A DNA stretch of 64,000 nt from Candidatus Faecalibacterium faecigallinarum (GCA_019119685.1 DWWN01000053.1:8079-72078); one strand, 5' to 3'; positions 1-8,636 are shown, counted from the first letter of the stretch. Numbers and translations: made by a program. The notes: generated by a model from the sequence alone, not told the origin.

Positions 1-1
1 A

Positions 2-859
2 GAAGAGCTCGCCGGACGGCTGAACGCCCAGCCGCAGACTTTGTGCGTGGTCAACCGCCGCGCCACGGCGCAAAAACTCTACGCCATGCTGGAAACGGAG
101 GGGCGCTACTGCCTGACCACTCTGCTTTGCCCTGCCGACCGCAAGCGCCTGCTGAAAGAGATCCGCGCCCGCCTGCGGGAGGGCAAACCCTGCCGGGTGG
201 TCTCCACCTCCCTGATCGAGGCGGGCGTGGACGTGGATTTTCCTGCCGCTTGGCGGGAAGAAGCCGGCCTCGATTCCATTTTGCAGACCGCAGGCCGCTG
301 CAACCGGGAGGGGCGGCGCTCCGCCGGCGAAAGCCTTGTCACCGTGTTCCGTCTGGAGGGGCAGCGCGCCCCGGCCATGATCCGGCCCAACGTCGACTCC
401 ACGCGCAGCGTGCTGGCGCATTTTGCCGACCCGGCCAGCCCGCAGGCCATTGAAGCCTATTTTTCTTTTTACCGCACCCTGAAAGGCGACGCCGCCCTGG
501 ACCAAAAGGGCATTCTGGACGCCTTCCGCCGCGGTTATCAGGGCTGCGCCCTTCCGTTTGCCACCGTGGCGGAACAGTTCCACCTGATCGACTCCCCCAC
601 CGTAACCCTGTACCTTTCGACCGAGGAGAGCCAGCCCCTCATCGCCCAGCTGCAGGCCGGGCAGGCCAGCCGGGCGCTTTACCGCAAATTGGGCCAGTAT
701 GCCGTCAGCATTTACCCGGGCCACCTGCAGGCGCTTTTGGACGCCGGCGCAGCGGAGCTACTGGACGGCACCTCCTACCTTTTGACTGACCCTTCCCTGT
801 ACGACCAGAACACCGGGCTTTCTCTGGATGTGGAAACCGGCAGCGCCCTTTTTATCTGA
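2..859 (+). CDS. cas3: CRISPR-associated helicase Cas3, C-terminal part (type I-C-like), truncated by the window edge
   Basis: Open from base 2; SF2 helicase motifs CVVNRR, VSTSLIEAGVDVDF, DSILQTAGRCNREG and a YDQNTGL C-terminus typical of I-C Cas3. Confidence 0.9.
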   Translation, partial: EELAGRLNAQPQTLCVVNRRATAQKLYAMLETEGRYCLTTLLCPADRKRLLKEIRARLREGKPCRVVSTSLIEAGVDVDFPAAWREEAGLDSILQTAGRCNREGRRSAGESLVTVFRLEGQRAPAMIRPNVDSTRSVLAHFADPASPQAIEAYFSFYRTLKGDAALDQKGILDAFRRGYQGCALPFATVAEQFHLIDSPTVTLYLSTEESQPLIAQLQAGQASRALYRKLGQYAVSIYPGHLQALLDAGAAELLDGTSYLLTDPSLYDQNTGLSLDVETGSALFI

Positions 860-870
860 ATGTTATGAAA

Positions 871-915
871 AGGGCGGCAAATAAAAAGAAGCTGATTTTT
901 ATATTTGGCGGCCCT
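871..915. terminator. Imperfect inverted repeat between convergent cas3 and DUF3169 genes
   Basis: AGGGCGGCAAATAAAAA ... TTTTATATTTGGCGGCCCT. Confidence 0.45.
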
Positions 916-1667
916 CAGCGCCGGATATGACGGCGCGTCCGAATACAAGCCAGGAGATAGCTCACCTGGAGCACCCCGAAGATCACAAGGGCGGTCAACA
1001 CCGGCAGAAGTCCAGTCCCTGCTATGAAGTTTATCAGGGTCAGCACCACATAAACGATCATACAGGCCACCGTAGTGGTTCGGAAGGCTTGGAAAGAGGC
1101 CTGGCCAATCTGAGCCTGCTCAGCCTCGTCACAGCTGGCAAACCAGGTCTTTTGAAATTTTAAGTCATAGGCGCTGCCCTTTTTCTCCGGGTTTATGCGG
1201 CGGGTCAAATCTATCACCTTCTGCTCTAAAAGGATGATGCAGGTCATGGCGATCAAAAACAGTACTACATTGAATGGGGCGTAGGTATACTGGAAGCTGG
1301 CAGCCAGAAAAAAGAAAGCAAAAATTGTCTCGAGGGTGTTGAACAGCAGCGAGAAATTCGTCCGACGCTGAATCTCTTCCACAGTGTTCTCTTCTGCGTC
1401 AGGTTCTAAGCACCTGTATAACCTGCGAGCCGAACAATAGTGCAACCATGCAGGGAGCAGCAGCACCACACTGCTCACTGGGATGCCCCAGGGACCGACC
1501 ATCTGCATCACCCGGTCCAGCCCGGTCCGCATAGCTTCCAGCATCTCCGGTTTTGCCGCCGCTGCGGCCAAAAATCCACCGATGCCGCCCAACACGGCGG
1601 AAGCTGCCACTACTGCCAGAAACTTGGGCAGCGCGCGACGGTTATCCTGTTGCACAGAGTCTTTCAT
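915..1667 (-). CDS. DUF3169-family membrane protein
   Basis: About 6 hydrophobic segments, INPEKKGS..D.KFQKTWFASCDEAEQ motif; GAGGAGG RBS 9 nt before the ATG at 1667; coupled to the XRE gene. Confidence 0.8.
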   Translation of the reverse strand: MKDSVQQDNRRALPKFLAVVAASAVLGGIGGFLAAAAAKPEMLEAMRTGLDRVMQMVGPWGIPVSSVVLLLPAWLHYCSARRLYRCLEPDAEENTVEEIQRRTNFSLLFNTLETIFAFFFLAASFQYTYAPFNVVLFLIAMTCIILLEQKVIDLTRRINPEKKGSAYDLKFQKTWFASCDEAEQAQIGQASFQAFRTTTVACMIVYVVLTLINFIAGTGLLPVLTALVIFGVLQVSYLLACIRTRRHIRR

Positions 1668-1668
1668 C

Positions 1669-1875
1669 TCAGTCATCCTCCTCATACGAAAAAATATCTT
1701 CCACCGCAACTCCGCAGAGTTTTGCCAGCTTGAGCGCCAGTGTCACCGAAGGGGAGTAATCCCCCCGTTCGATTTGACTGATGGTCTGACGGGATACCCC
1801 TACCAGACGGCCCATCTCCTGCTGATTAACTCCCAGCCGTGCCCGGTGTTCTTTGAGCCGGTTGTAAAGCGGCAT
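1669..1875 (-). CDS. XRE/Cro-CI family HTH transcriptional regulator
   Basis: 68 aa, NRLKEHR..VGVSRQTISQIERGDYSPSVTLALKLA. Confidence 0.92.
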   Translation of the reverse strand: MPLYNRLKEHRARLGVNQQEMGRLVGVSRQTISQIERGDYSPSVTLALKLAKLCGVAVEDIFSYEEDD

Positions 1876-1892
1876 CTTCTACACCCCCAATT

Positions 1893-1931
1893 TGACAGCT
1901 TGAATTGTCATTTTGACAACTATCATTGTCA
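1893..1931. promoter_or_regulatory. Two tandem palindromic operators TGACA-N8-TGTCA, 21-bp period
   Basis: TGACAgcttgaatTGTCA (1893-1910) and TGACAactatcatTGTCA (1914-1931), between the promoter and RBS of the XRE gene. Confidence 0.75.
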
Positions 1932-1936
1932 TAATT

Positions 1937-1965
1937 AGAATACCATTGTTAAGAGTCTCTGTCAA
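1937..1965 (-). promoter_or_regulatory. Sigma-A promoter of the XRE-DUF3169 operon
   Basis: TTGACA-17-TATTCT with extended TG. Confidence 0.7.
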
Positions 1966-2076
1966 CAGGAAAAATGAACTTTTCCAGAAAAACTCTAAAA
2001 CCACTCCATTGGGTTAATCTCTCAACATCCTCCCATGGAATCATCTCACCTTTTCCCTCTGTACCTCCGGCCCCAT

Positions 2077-2117
2077 AAAAGAACCGCTGCAGCGTTTTTC
2101 GCGTGCAGCGGTTCTTT
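2077..2117 (-). terminator. Intrinsic terminator after the Spo0A_C gene
   Basis: AAAAGAACCGCTGCA / TGCAGCGGTTCTTT stem. Confidence 0.7.
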
Positions 2118-2147
2118 GTCCTTGCAAGGCTTTTTACTTTTGACGTC

Positions 2148-2495
2148 CTATTTCATGGTGCCCATGTGCTTTTTGATGATCGTGGCGGCACAGATATAAA
2201 CGAACTCTGCGGCCGTCGGGCAGCTGTCCAGCGCGTAGCCGGTCAGCTCGTCCATGTACCTGCGGTTGTGTTTCCACGCCTGTTCCAGCGCCCTGCGGAT
2301 GCTGCTTTCGATCGCCATCCACGAGCAGCGGCGCTCCGCTGCAATGACCATGTAAACTTCTTTCTGGACAGCGTGGATCCGGCCCGGTTCCTCTGTCACG
2401 AGCGCCACCGCCTCGATCAAATCAAACAAACCGATGTTCTTTCCCTTCAGATGAAACGGCCGCAGCAGCTCGTAGATCTCACATTCAAACCTCAT
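2148..2495 (-). CDS. Stand-alone Spo0A C-terminal DNA-binding domain protein
   Basis: KEVYMVIA..SWMAIESSIRRALEQAW..PTAAEFV resembles Spo0A KELYPxIA..VERAIRHAIEVAW..PTNSEFI; no receiver domain. Confidence 0.8.
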   Translation of the reverse strand: MRFECEIYELLRPFHLKGKNIGLFDLIEAVALVTEEPGRIHAVQKEVYMVIAAERRCSWMAIESSIRRALEQAWKHNRRYMDELTGYALDSCPTAAEFVYICAATIIKKHMGTMK

Positions 2496-2641
2496 GCTTT
2501 TTCCCCTTCCATTATTTCCCGTCTTCCCTGCAAGGACTAAAACAATCATACGGTATTTGTGAAAGAAAATCCTATTTTATGTAAAATAAGTTATAAACCG
2601 TTAAAAACAGTCAAAAGCAGTCTATTAGATGTCCAGGCATC

Positions 2642-2672
2642 AAAAAAGCAGGAAACCGTTTCGGTTTCCTGC
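2642..2672 (-). terminator. Intrinsic terminator after queA
   Basis: 11-bp perfect stem GCAGGAAACCG/CGGTTTCCTGC followed by T6 on the minus strand. Confidence 0.8.
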
Positions 2673-2769
2673 CAGGTGCGTCGCCGGGGGCGGCTATATT
2701 TGGTTTTGAATGGGTGAGGAAAAGGTTTTCTTGCTGGTTTTAACAGCGCAGGCAGCTTTTCAGGGCTGC

Positions 2770-3798
2770 TCACACGATCAGCATCGCGTCGCCAAAGGAG
2801 AAAAAGCGGTACCGCTCGGCCACCGCGACGCGGTAGGCTTCCATGGTCTTTTCGTAGCCGTAGAAAGCCGACACCAGCATGATGAGGGTGCTCTCGGGCA
2901 GGTGGAAGTTGGTGATGAGCCCGTCGATGCAGCGGAAGGGCACGCCCGGGTACAAAAAGATGCTGGTGTTGCCGCTGCAGGCTTTGATCTCGCCGTATTT
3001 GGCGGCCACGGCTTCCAGGGTGCGGCAGCTGGTGGTGCCCACGGCGATCACACGGTGGCCGCTGGCCTTGGCTTCCTGGATCTGACGGGCGGTCTCCTCG
3101 CTGATGGAATACCACTCGCTGTGCATTTTGTGGTCGGTGATCTCGTCCTCCTGCACCGGGCGGAAAGTGCCCAGGCCCACATGGAGCGTCACCTCGGCGA
3201 TGCCCACCCCTTTGGCCCGGATGGCGTCCATCAGCTCGGGCGTGAAGTGGAGGCCCGCTGTGGGCGCGGCGGCGCTACCCAGCTCCTTGGCGTACACCGT
3301 CTGGTACTGGCTCTGGTCCTCCAGCTGTTTGGTGATGTAGGGCGGCAGGGGCATTTTGCCGAAGGCGTCCAGCTTTTCATAGAGGGTCTCGGTGTCATAG
3401 CGGAACGTGACCAGCTTGTTGCCGTCCTCCATCGTCTCGTCCACGGTGGCGGTCAGGGTGCCGTCGCCGAAGGTGATGACGTTGCCCGGGTGCATCCGCT
3501 TGCCGGGCTTGGCCAGGCACTCCCACTGGTCCCCTTCCACCTGCCGTAGCAGCAGCAGTTCGCAGACGGCGCCGGTGGGCTGCTTGACGCCCACGATCCG
3601 GGCCGGAAGGACCTTGGAATTGTTCACCACCAGCAGGTCCCCCGGCATAAGATATTCCGGGAGGTCGTGAAAGATGCGGTGTTCTATCGTATCGCTGTCG
3701 CGGTGCAGCACCATCAGCCGGGCCGCGTCGCGGGGGCTGGCCGGTTCCTGTGCAATCAGCTCTTTGGGGAGATCGTACCAAAAATCTTTTTTCAACAT
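2770..3798 (-). CDS. queA: tRNA preQ1(34) SAM ribosyltransferase-isomerase
   Basis: DLPKELIAQEP, GSAAAPTAGLHFT, TLHVGLGTFRPV, YRFFSFGDAMLI. Confidence 0.97.
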   Translation of the reverse strand: MLKKDFWYDLPKELIAQEPASPRDAARLMVLHRDSDTIEHRIFHDLPEYLMPGDLLVVNNSKVLPARIVGVKQPTGAVCELLLLRQVEGDQWECLAKPGKRMHPGNVITFGDGTLTATVDETMEDGNKLVTFRYDTETLYEKLDAFGKMPLPPYITKQLEDQSQYQTVYAKELGSAAAPTAGLHFTPELMDAIRAKGVGIAEVTLHVGLGTFRPVQEDEITDHKMHSEWYSISEETARQIQEAKASGHRVIAVGTTSCRTLEAVAAKYGEIKACSGNTSIFLYPGVPFRCIDGLITNFHLPESTLIMLVSAFYGYEKTMEAYRVAVAERYRFFSFGDAMLIV

Positions 3799-3823
3799 GG
3801 GATGTATTCGCCTTTCCAGTGGG

Positions 3824-3853
3824 TTGACACGGGTGCCGTATCAATGTTATTAT
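3824..3853 (+). promoter_or_regulatory. Sigma-A promoter for the asd-dap operon
   Basis: TTGACA-18-TATTAT with extended TG. Confidence 0.6.
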
Positions 3854-3874
3854 AAATTTTATCAACTGGTCTTT

Positions 3875-3903
3875 ATTATAGGACAAGACAGTCCGGTTTG
3901 CAA
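3875..3903 (-). promoter_or_regulatory. Sigma-A promoter for queA
   Basis: TTGCAA-17-TATAAT on the minus strand. Confidence 0.65.
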
Positions 3904-3973
3904 GCCGTCGTTTGCCTGCAGACGGCAGTTTTTGCCAAAACCGGGCCCGGGTCTGAAAGGAAAGGTGCTGGAA

Positions 3974-5059
3974 ATGAAAAAGCAGTATTATAAGGTGGGC
4001 GTCGTCGGCGCCACCGGCATGGTCGGGCAGCGGTTCGTCACCCTGCTGGAACATCACCCCTGGTTCAAGCTGACCGTCCTGGCGGCTTCCAGCCGCAGCG
4101 CGGGCAAGACCTACGCGGAGGCAGTGGGCAGCCGCTGGGCCATGCCCACCCCCATGCCTGAGTGTGTCCGCGATATGGTGGTGCAGGACGCCGCCGAGGT
4201 GGAGAAGATCGCCGCGCAGGTGGACTTTATTTTCTGCGCTGTGAATATGCCCAAAAACGAGATCAAAGCCCTGGAAGAAGCCTACGCCAAGGCCGAGTGC
4301 CCGGTGGTCTCCAACAACAGCGCCAACCGCGGCACGCCCGACGTGCCCATGGTGGTGCCCGAGATCAACGCCGGCCACATCGAGATCATCCCGGCCCAGC
4401 GCCGCCGCCTGGGCACCAAGCGGGGCTTCATCGCCGTCAAGTCGAACTGCAGCCTGCAGAGCTATGTGCCCGCCTTCCACCCCCTGATGAAGGAGTTCGG
4501 GGTCACCAAGGCCCTGGTCTGCACCTATCAGGCCATTTCCGGCGCAGGCAAGACCTTTGACCGGATGCCCGAGATCATCGACAACGTGATCCCCTACATC
4601 GGCGGCGAGGAGGAAAAGAGCGAGCAGGAGCCCCTCAAGCTGTGGGGCCACATCGAGGGCGACCGGATCGTCAACGCCGAAGGGCCGGTCATCACGGCCC
4701 AGTGCTTCCGCGTGCCTGTGTCCGACGGGCACACCGCCGCCGTCTTTGTCAGCTTTGCCAAAAAGCCCACCAAAGAGCAGATCCTCGAGGCCTGGAAGAA
4801 TTTCCGCGGCCCCGCCCAGGAGCTGGACCTGCCCAGCGCGCCCAAGCAGTTCCTGCACTACTTTGAGGAGAACGACCGCCCCCAGCCCAAGCTGGACCGC
4901 GACACCGAGCACGGCATGGCCGTCTGCATCGGCCGCCTGCGGGAGGACACCATCTTCGACTACAAGTTCGCCTGCATGAGCCACAACACCCTGCGGGGCG
5001 CTGCCGGCGGCGGCGTCCTGCTGGCCGAGCTGCTGGCCGCCAAGGGCTATCTGGACTGA
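3974..5059 (+). CDS. asd: Aspartate-semialdehyde dehydrogenase
   Basis: VGVVGATGMVGQRF, catalytic SNCS, QAISGAG, HNTLRGAAGG; ATG at 3974 after an AAAGGTG RBS. Confidence 0.97.
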   Translation: MKKQYYKVGVVGATGMVGQRFVTLLEHHPWFKLTVLAASSRSAGKTYAEAVGSRWAMPTPMPECVRDMVVQDAAEVEKIAAQVDFIFCAVNMPKNEIKALEEAYAKAECPVVSNNSANRGTPDVPMVVPEINAGHIEIIPAQRRRLGTKRGFIAVKSNCSLQSYVPAFHPLMKEFGVTKALVCTYQAISGAGKTFDRMPEIIDNVIPYIGGEEEKSEQEPLKLWGHIEGDRIVNAEGPVITAQCFRVPVSDGHTAAVFVSFAKKPTKEQILEAWKNFRGPAQELDLPSAPKQFLHYFEENDRPQPKLDRDTEHGMAVCIGRLREDTIFDYKFACMSHNTLRGAAGGGVLLAELLAAKGYLD

Positions 5060-5098
5060 TCCCGAACCTACCACATCACAGTAAAGGAGAGCCTAGTT

Positions 5099-5992
5099 AT
5101 GATGAAAAAGCCTGTTTTTACGGGTGCGGGCGTGGCCGTCATCACCCCCATGCACGAAAACGGAACCATCAACTTTGACGTGCTGGGGCAGATCCTTGAG
5201 GATCAGATCGCCCGCGGCACCGACGCCATCGTCATCTGCGGCACCACAGGCGAGTGCTCCACCATGACCGACGCCGAGCAGCTGTCCGCCATCAAGTTCG
5301 CGGTGGACACCGTGGCGCACCGGGTGCCGGTGGTGGCCGGGGCCGGTTCCAACGACACCGCCCACGGCTGCGCCCTAGCCGCCGGCGCGGCCAACTGCGG
5401 CGCCGATGCCCTGCTGATGGTCACCCCCTACTACAACAAGACCAGCCAGGCCGGCCTGATCGCCCACTTTACCGCCATGGCCGAGGCGGGCGGCATCCCG
5501 GTCATCCTCTACAATGTGCCTTCCCGCACCGGCGTCAACATCAAGCCGGAGACGGCCCAAAAGCTGAGCGAGCACCCCCTCATCAACGGCATCAAGGAGG
5601 CCTCCGGCAACATTGCCCAGGTGGCCCAGATCGCCGCGGCCTGCGGCGACGCTCTGAACATCTATTCGGGCAACGACGACCAGGTCCTGCCCCTGCTGTC
5701 TCTGGGCGGCAAGGGCGTCATCAGCGTGGTGTCCAACATCGCGCCCACCCTGGTGCACGACTGCTGCAAGGCATGGTTCGACGGCAACGCCGCCGAGGCC
5801 CGCCGCCTGCAGCTGGAGATGCTGCCCCTGTGCGACGCCATGTTCTGCGACGTCAACCCCATCCCGGTCAAGTACGCCATGAACCTGCTGGGCTGGGACG
5901 CCGGCAAGTGCCGCCTGCCCCTGGTGGAGCCGGGCGACGCCCAGAAAGCCAAGATCGAGCAGGCCCTGCGCGCCTGCGGCCTGCTGCAATAA
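5099..5992 (+). CDS. dapA: 4-hydroxy-tetrahydrodipicolinate synthase
   Basis: GTTGE, TPYYNK, LYNVPSRTG, GIKEASG, NPIPVK. Confidence 0.97.
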   Translation: MMKKPVFTGAGVAVITPMHENGTINFDVLGQILEDQIARGTDAIVICGTTGECSTMTDAEQLSAIKFAVDTVAHRVPVVAGAGSNDTAHGCALAAGAANCGADALLMVTPYYNKTSQAGLIAHFTAMAEAGGIPVILYNVPSRTGVNIKPETAQKLSEHPLINGIKEASGNIAQVAQIAAACGDALNIYSGNDDQVLPLLSLGGKGVISVVSNIAPTLVHDCCKAWFDGNAAEARRLQLEMLPLCDAMFCDVNPIPVKYAMNLLGWDAGKCRLPLVEPGDAQKAKIEQALRACGLLQ

Positions 5993-5993
5993 C

Positions 5994-6031
5994 GCAAATG
6001 CCCGGCGAGACTGTTCTTTCCGGGCATTTGC
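5994..6031 (+). other. Intra-operon stem-loop between dapA and dapB
   Basis: GCAAATGCCCGG / CCGGGCATTTGC, no U-tract. Confidence 0.55.
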
Positions 6032-6064
6032 CTCATCATGTACAAAACGAAAGGAAGCGTAACC

Positions 6065-6823
6065 ATGACGGAACTTGTCATTCAAGGCATCGGCGGCCGG
6101 ATGGGCCATGTGCTCTGCGATATGATCGCCCAGCGGGACGACTGCAAGGTGATCGCCGGCATCGACCTGCACGCCGGCGAACAGAACGGGATCCCCGTCT
6201 ATGCCAGCCCTGACGGCCTGGCCGGCCGGGGCGACGTCATCATCGACTTCAGCTCCCCCGCGGCGGTGGAGAAGATCCTCCCCTACTGCGAGGCCCACAA
6301 GACCCCCATCGTCCTGTGCACCACCGGTATGTCGGACGAACTGAACCTCAAGATCGTCCAGCTGTCCCGCAGCGTGCCCGTGTTCAAAAGCGCCAATATG
6401 TCTCTGGGTATCAACCTGCTGATCGAGCTGTGCAAGCGGGCTTCCGCCATTCTGGGCACAGCCTACGACGTCGAGATCGTGGAGCAGCACCACCACAACA
6501 AGGTGGACGCCCCCAGCGGCACTGCCCTGATGCTGGCCGACGCCGTCAACGAGCAGGCCGGCGGCGCTTACCACTATGTCTACGACCGCGCCTCGGTGCG
6601 AGAAAAGCGCGACCCCATGGAGATCGGGATCAGCTCGGTGCGGGGCGGCAGCATCGTGGGCGACCACGAGGTGCTGTTCTGCGGGCCGGACGAAGTGGTC
6701 ACCCTCAAACACACCGCTTATTCCCGCAGCGTGTTCGCCAACGGCGCCATCAACGCCGCCCTCTACCTCGCCAAGAAGGAGCCGGGCCTGTACAACATGA
6801 GCGACCTGATCGCCGAGCGCTGA
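6065..6823 (+). CDS. dapB: 4-hydroxy-tetrahydrodipicolinate reductase
   Basis: GIGGRMG, IDFS, CTTG, EQHHHNKVDAPSGTA. Confidence 0.97.
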   Translation: MTELVIQGIGGRMGHVLCDMIAQRDDCKVIAGIDLHAGEQNGIPVYASPDGLAGRGDVIIDFSSPAAVEKILPYCEAHKTPIVLCTTGMSDELNLKIVQLSRSVPVFKSANMSLGINLLIELCKRASAILGTAYDVEIVEQHHHNKVDAPSGTALMLADAVNEQAGGAYHYVYDRASVREKRDPMEIGISSVRGGSIVGDHEVLFCGPDEVVTLKHTAYSRSVFANGAINAALYLAKKEPGLYNMSDLIAER

Positions 6824-6856
6824 CCCGCCCGCCTCCTGTGAAAGGAGGAACCGACG

Positions 6857-8125
6857 ATGAACCACCCTGTTGCAGAACCGCCCGGACGGCACGCCGCAGC
6901 CGGCGGCCCGGGGCGTCTGCCCCTCTGGTGCGTGGCCGCCGCTTTCACCGCGGCGCTGGCCCTGTGCATCGGGCTGGGCGGTTTCCGGCCCGGCCAGGCC
7001 CCCGTCTCAGCCGAACCGGAAGCGCCGCCCCCTGTCTCCAGCCTGCCCGCCGAGCCCGAACCGGAGCCGGTCGTTGAAACGGTGCGGTTTTCCGCCACCG
7101 GCGACAACCTGATCCACTCCAAGATCTACCAGCAGGCCGCCGCCCGGGCCGTGGGGGACGCCGCCTACAGCTTTGACTACTGCTATGCAAACCTGGTCCC
7201 CTTTTACAGCGATTTTGACGTAAACTGGATCAACCAGGAGACTCTGTGCACCGACGAACTGGCCCCCTCCACCTACCCCTGCTTTTCCACGCCGGGCGAC
7301 TGCGCCCGCGCCCTTTACCGGGCGGGGTTCCGGGTGTTCAGCCTGTCCAACAACCACACCTATGACAAGGGTGCTTCCGGCATTGCCGCCACCCTCCGCT
7401 TCTGGGCCTCCATGCCCGCGGACGTGGTCACCACCGGGCTGTGGCGGGGCGAGGCGGACTATGGGACCATCCCGCTCCACACCGTCAACGGCGTCACCAT
7501 CGCCTATCTGTCCTACACCGAGCACACCAACGGCATCCCCCGCAGCAGCGCCATGGAGGCCAACGTCCTCTACACCAGCCAGACCGACGTCATCGAGCAG
7601 CAGGTCCGGCAGGCGGCCCAGCTGGCCGACTTTGTGGTGGTGGGCGTCCACTGGGGCGTGGAGGACAGCCACACCATTACCGGCGCCCAGCGCACCCTGG
7701 CCCAGCAGCTGGCCGACTGGGGCGCGGACGTCATCGTCGGCACCCACCCCCATGTGTTGCAAAACGCCGGGTGGCTGACAGCGGAGGACGGACGCCGGGT
7801 GTTCGCGGCGTATTCGCTGGGCAACTTTCTCAGCACCCAGAGTAAAAAGGACCAGCTGATCGGCGCGGTCCTGACGCTGCGCCTGCAAAAGACCACCAGC
7901 CCCGACGGGACCGTCCAGCTGGAAGTGCTGGACCCGCAGCTCCACCCCACCGTCACCCATTACGGCGCGGGCAAGTCGGACGTGCGCACTTACCTCTACC
8001 GGGACTACACCCCCGAGCTGGCCGCCGCCCACGGGGTGCGGGCCAATTACAGCGATTTCAGCTATGACTACATCCGCGCCGTGGCGCAGCAGTACATCGA
8101 CCCGGCGTTCCTGGATCTGAGCTGA
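6857..8125 (+). CDS. CapA-family (PGA_cap) membrane-anchored metallophosphoesterase
   Basis: N-terminal TM plus Pro linker; TGDNLIH, NQET, SNNHTYDKG, VHWGVE, GTHPHVLQ, YSLGNF. Confidence 0.88.
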   Translation: MNHPVAEPPGRHAAAGGPGRLPLWCVAAAFTAALALCIGLGGFRPGQAPVSAEPEAPPPVSSLPAEPEPEPVVETVRFSATGDNLIHSKIYQQAAARAVGDAAYSFDYCYANLVPFYSDFDVNWINQETLCTDELAPSTYPCFSTPGDCARALYRAGFRVFSLSNNHTYDKGASGIAATLRFWASMPADVVTTGLWRGEADYGTIPLHTVNGVTIAYLSYTEHTNGIPRSSAMEANVLYTSQTDVIEQQVRQAAQLADFVVVGVHWGVEDSHTITGAQRTLAQQLADWGADVIVGTHPHVLQNAGWLTAEDGRRVFAAYSLGNFLSTQSKKDQLIGAVLTLRLQKTTSPDGTVQLEVLDPQLHPTVTHYGAGKSDVRTYLYRDYTPELAAAHGVRANYSDFSYDYIRAVAQQYIDPAFLDLS

Positions 8126-8162
8126 GCAAAAAGGCCTTGCTGCGGCAAGGCAGAAAGGAAGC

Positions 8163-8636
8163 ATGATTATGTACGGAGTATCGAAAATCACAGTCGAGCC
8201 TGGCGTCATGATGATCAGTGTGCAGGATGCGGCGTTCAGCGCCGGCAGCCTTGCGCGCTACCTGCAGATCTTTGCGGACACCGGCATCGTGGTGGATATG
8301 ATCAGCCAGAGCGCCCCCCACGGCACCCGGCTGGACTTCAGCTTCACCGCATCCAGCAACGACCTGCCCCTGGTCATGAAAGCCATCTCGGCCGCCAAGC
8401 TGGACCCCGACGCCAAGGCCGCCCCCCTCATCAGCGTGGGCTACTCCAAGCTGAACCTTTTTGGCGAGGAGATGGTGGCCAGCTGCGGCGTGGCCGCACG
8501 CGCTTTGAGCGCCCTGGCTTCGGCCGGCATCGAGGTGCACCTGATCACCACCAGCGACCTGGACATTTCCCTGCTGGTGCGCAGCGAGAACGAGGACGCC
8601 GCCTACGACGCCCTGCGCAAAGCCTACGAGCTGTAA
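8163..8636 (+). CDS. Stand-alone tandem ACT protein resembling the aspartokinase beta (regulatory) subunit
   Basis: GIVVDMISQS and KLNLFGEEM..GVAARALSALASAGIEVHLITTSDLDISLLV match the AK C-terminal ACT pair; no kinase domain. Confidence 0.8.
   Translation: MIMYGVSKITVEPGVMMISVQDAAFSAGSLARYLQIFADTGIVVDMISQSAPHGTRLDFSFTASSNDLPLVMKAISAAKLDPDAKAAPLISVGYSKLNLFGEEMVASCGVAARALSALASAGIEVHLITTSDLDISLLVRSENEDAAYDALRKAYEL

Noticed and set aside
1863-1883. TGTAAAG-N7-TTCTACA near the XRE start, and TGCAAAC-N9-TTTTACA at 7186-7208
   Set aside because: Wrong spacing and mismatched arms relative to the N8 palindrome; not counted as copies
1949-2044. 31-codon minus-strand ORF (MIPWEDVERLTQW...) with an AAAGGTG RBS-like sequence
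   Set aside because: It runs over the XRE promoter, has no recognisable motif, and cannot be supported without conservation data
860-2770. Searched for a CRISPR array near cas3; GTTTTAGAG occurs on the minus strand near 1993-2001
   Set aside because: A single 9-mer with no repeat-spacer periodicity
3674-3973. N-terminal extensions in the ORF track (asd, tyrS, dxs, xseA, spoIIIAH/AE/AB, radical SAM, ileS)
   Set aside because: They overlap promoters, leaders or upstream genes; RBS-supported downstream starts were used instead
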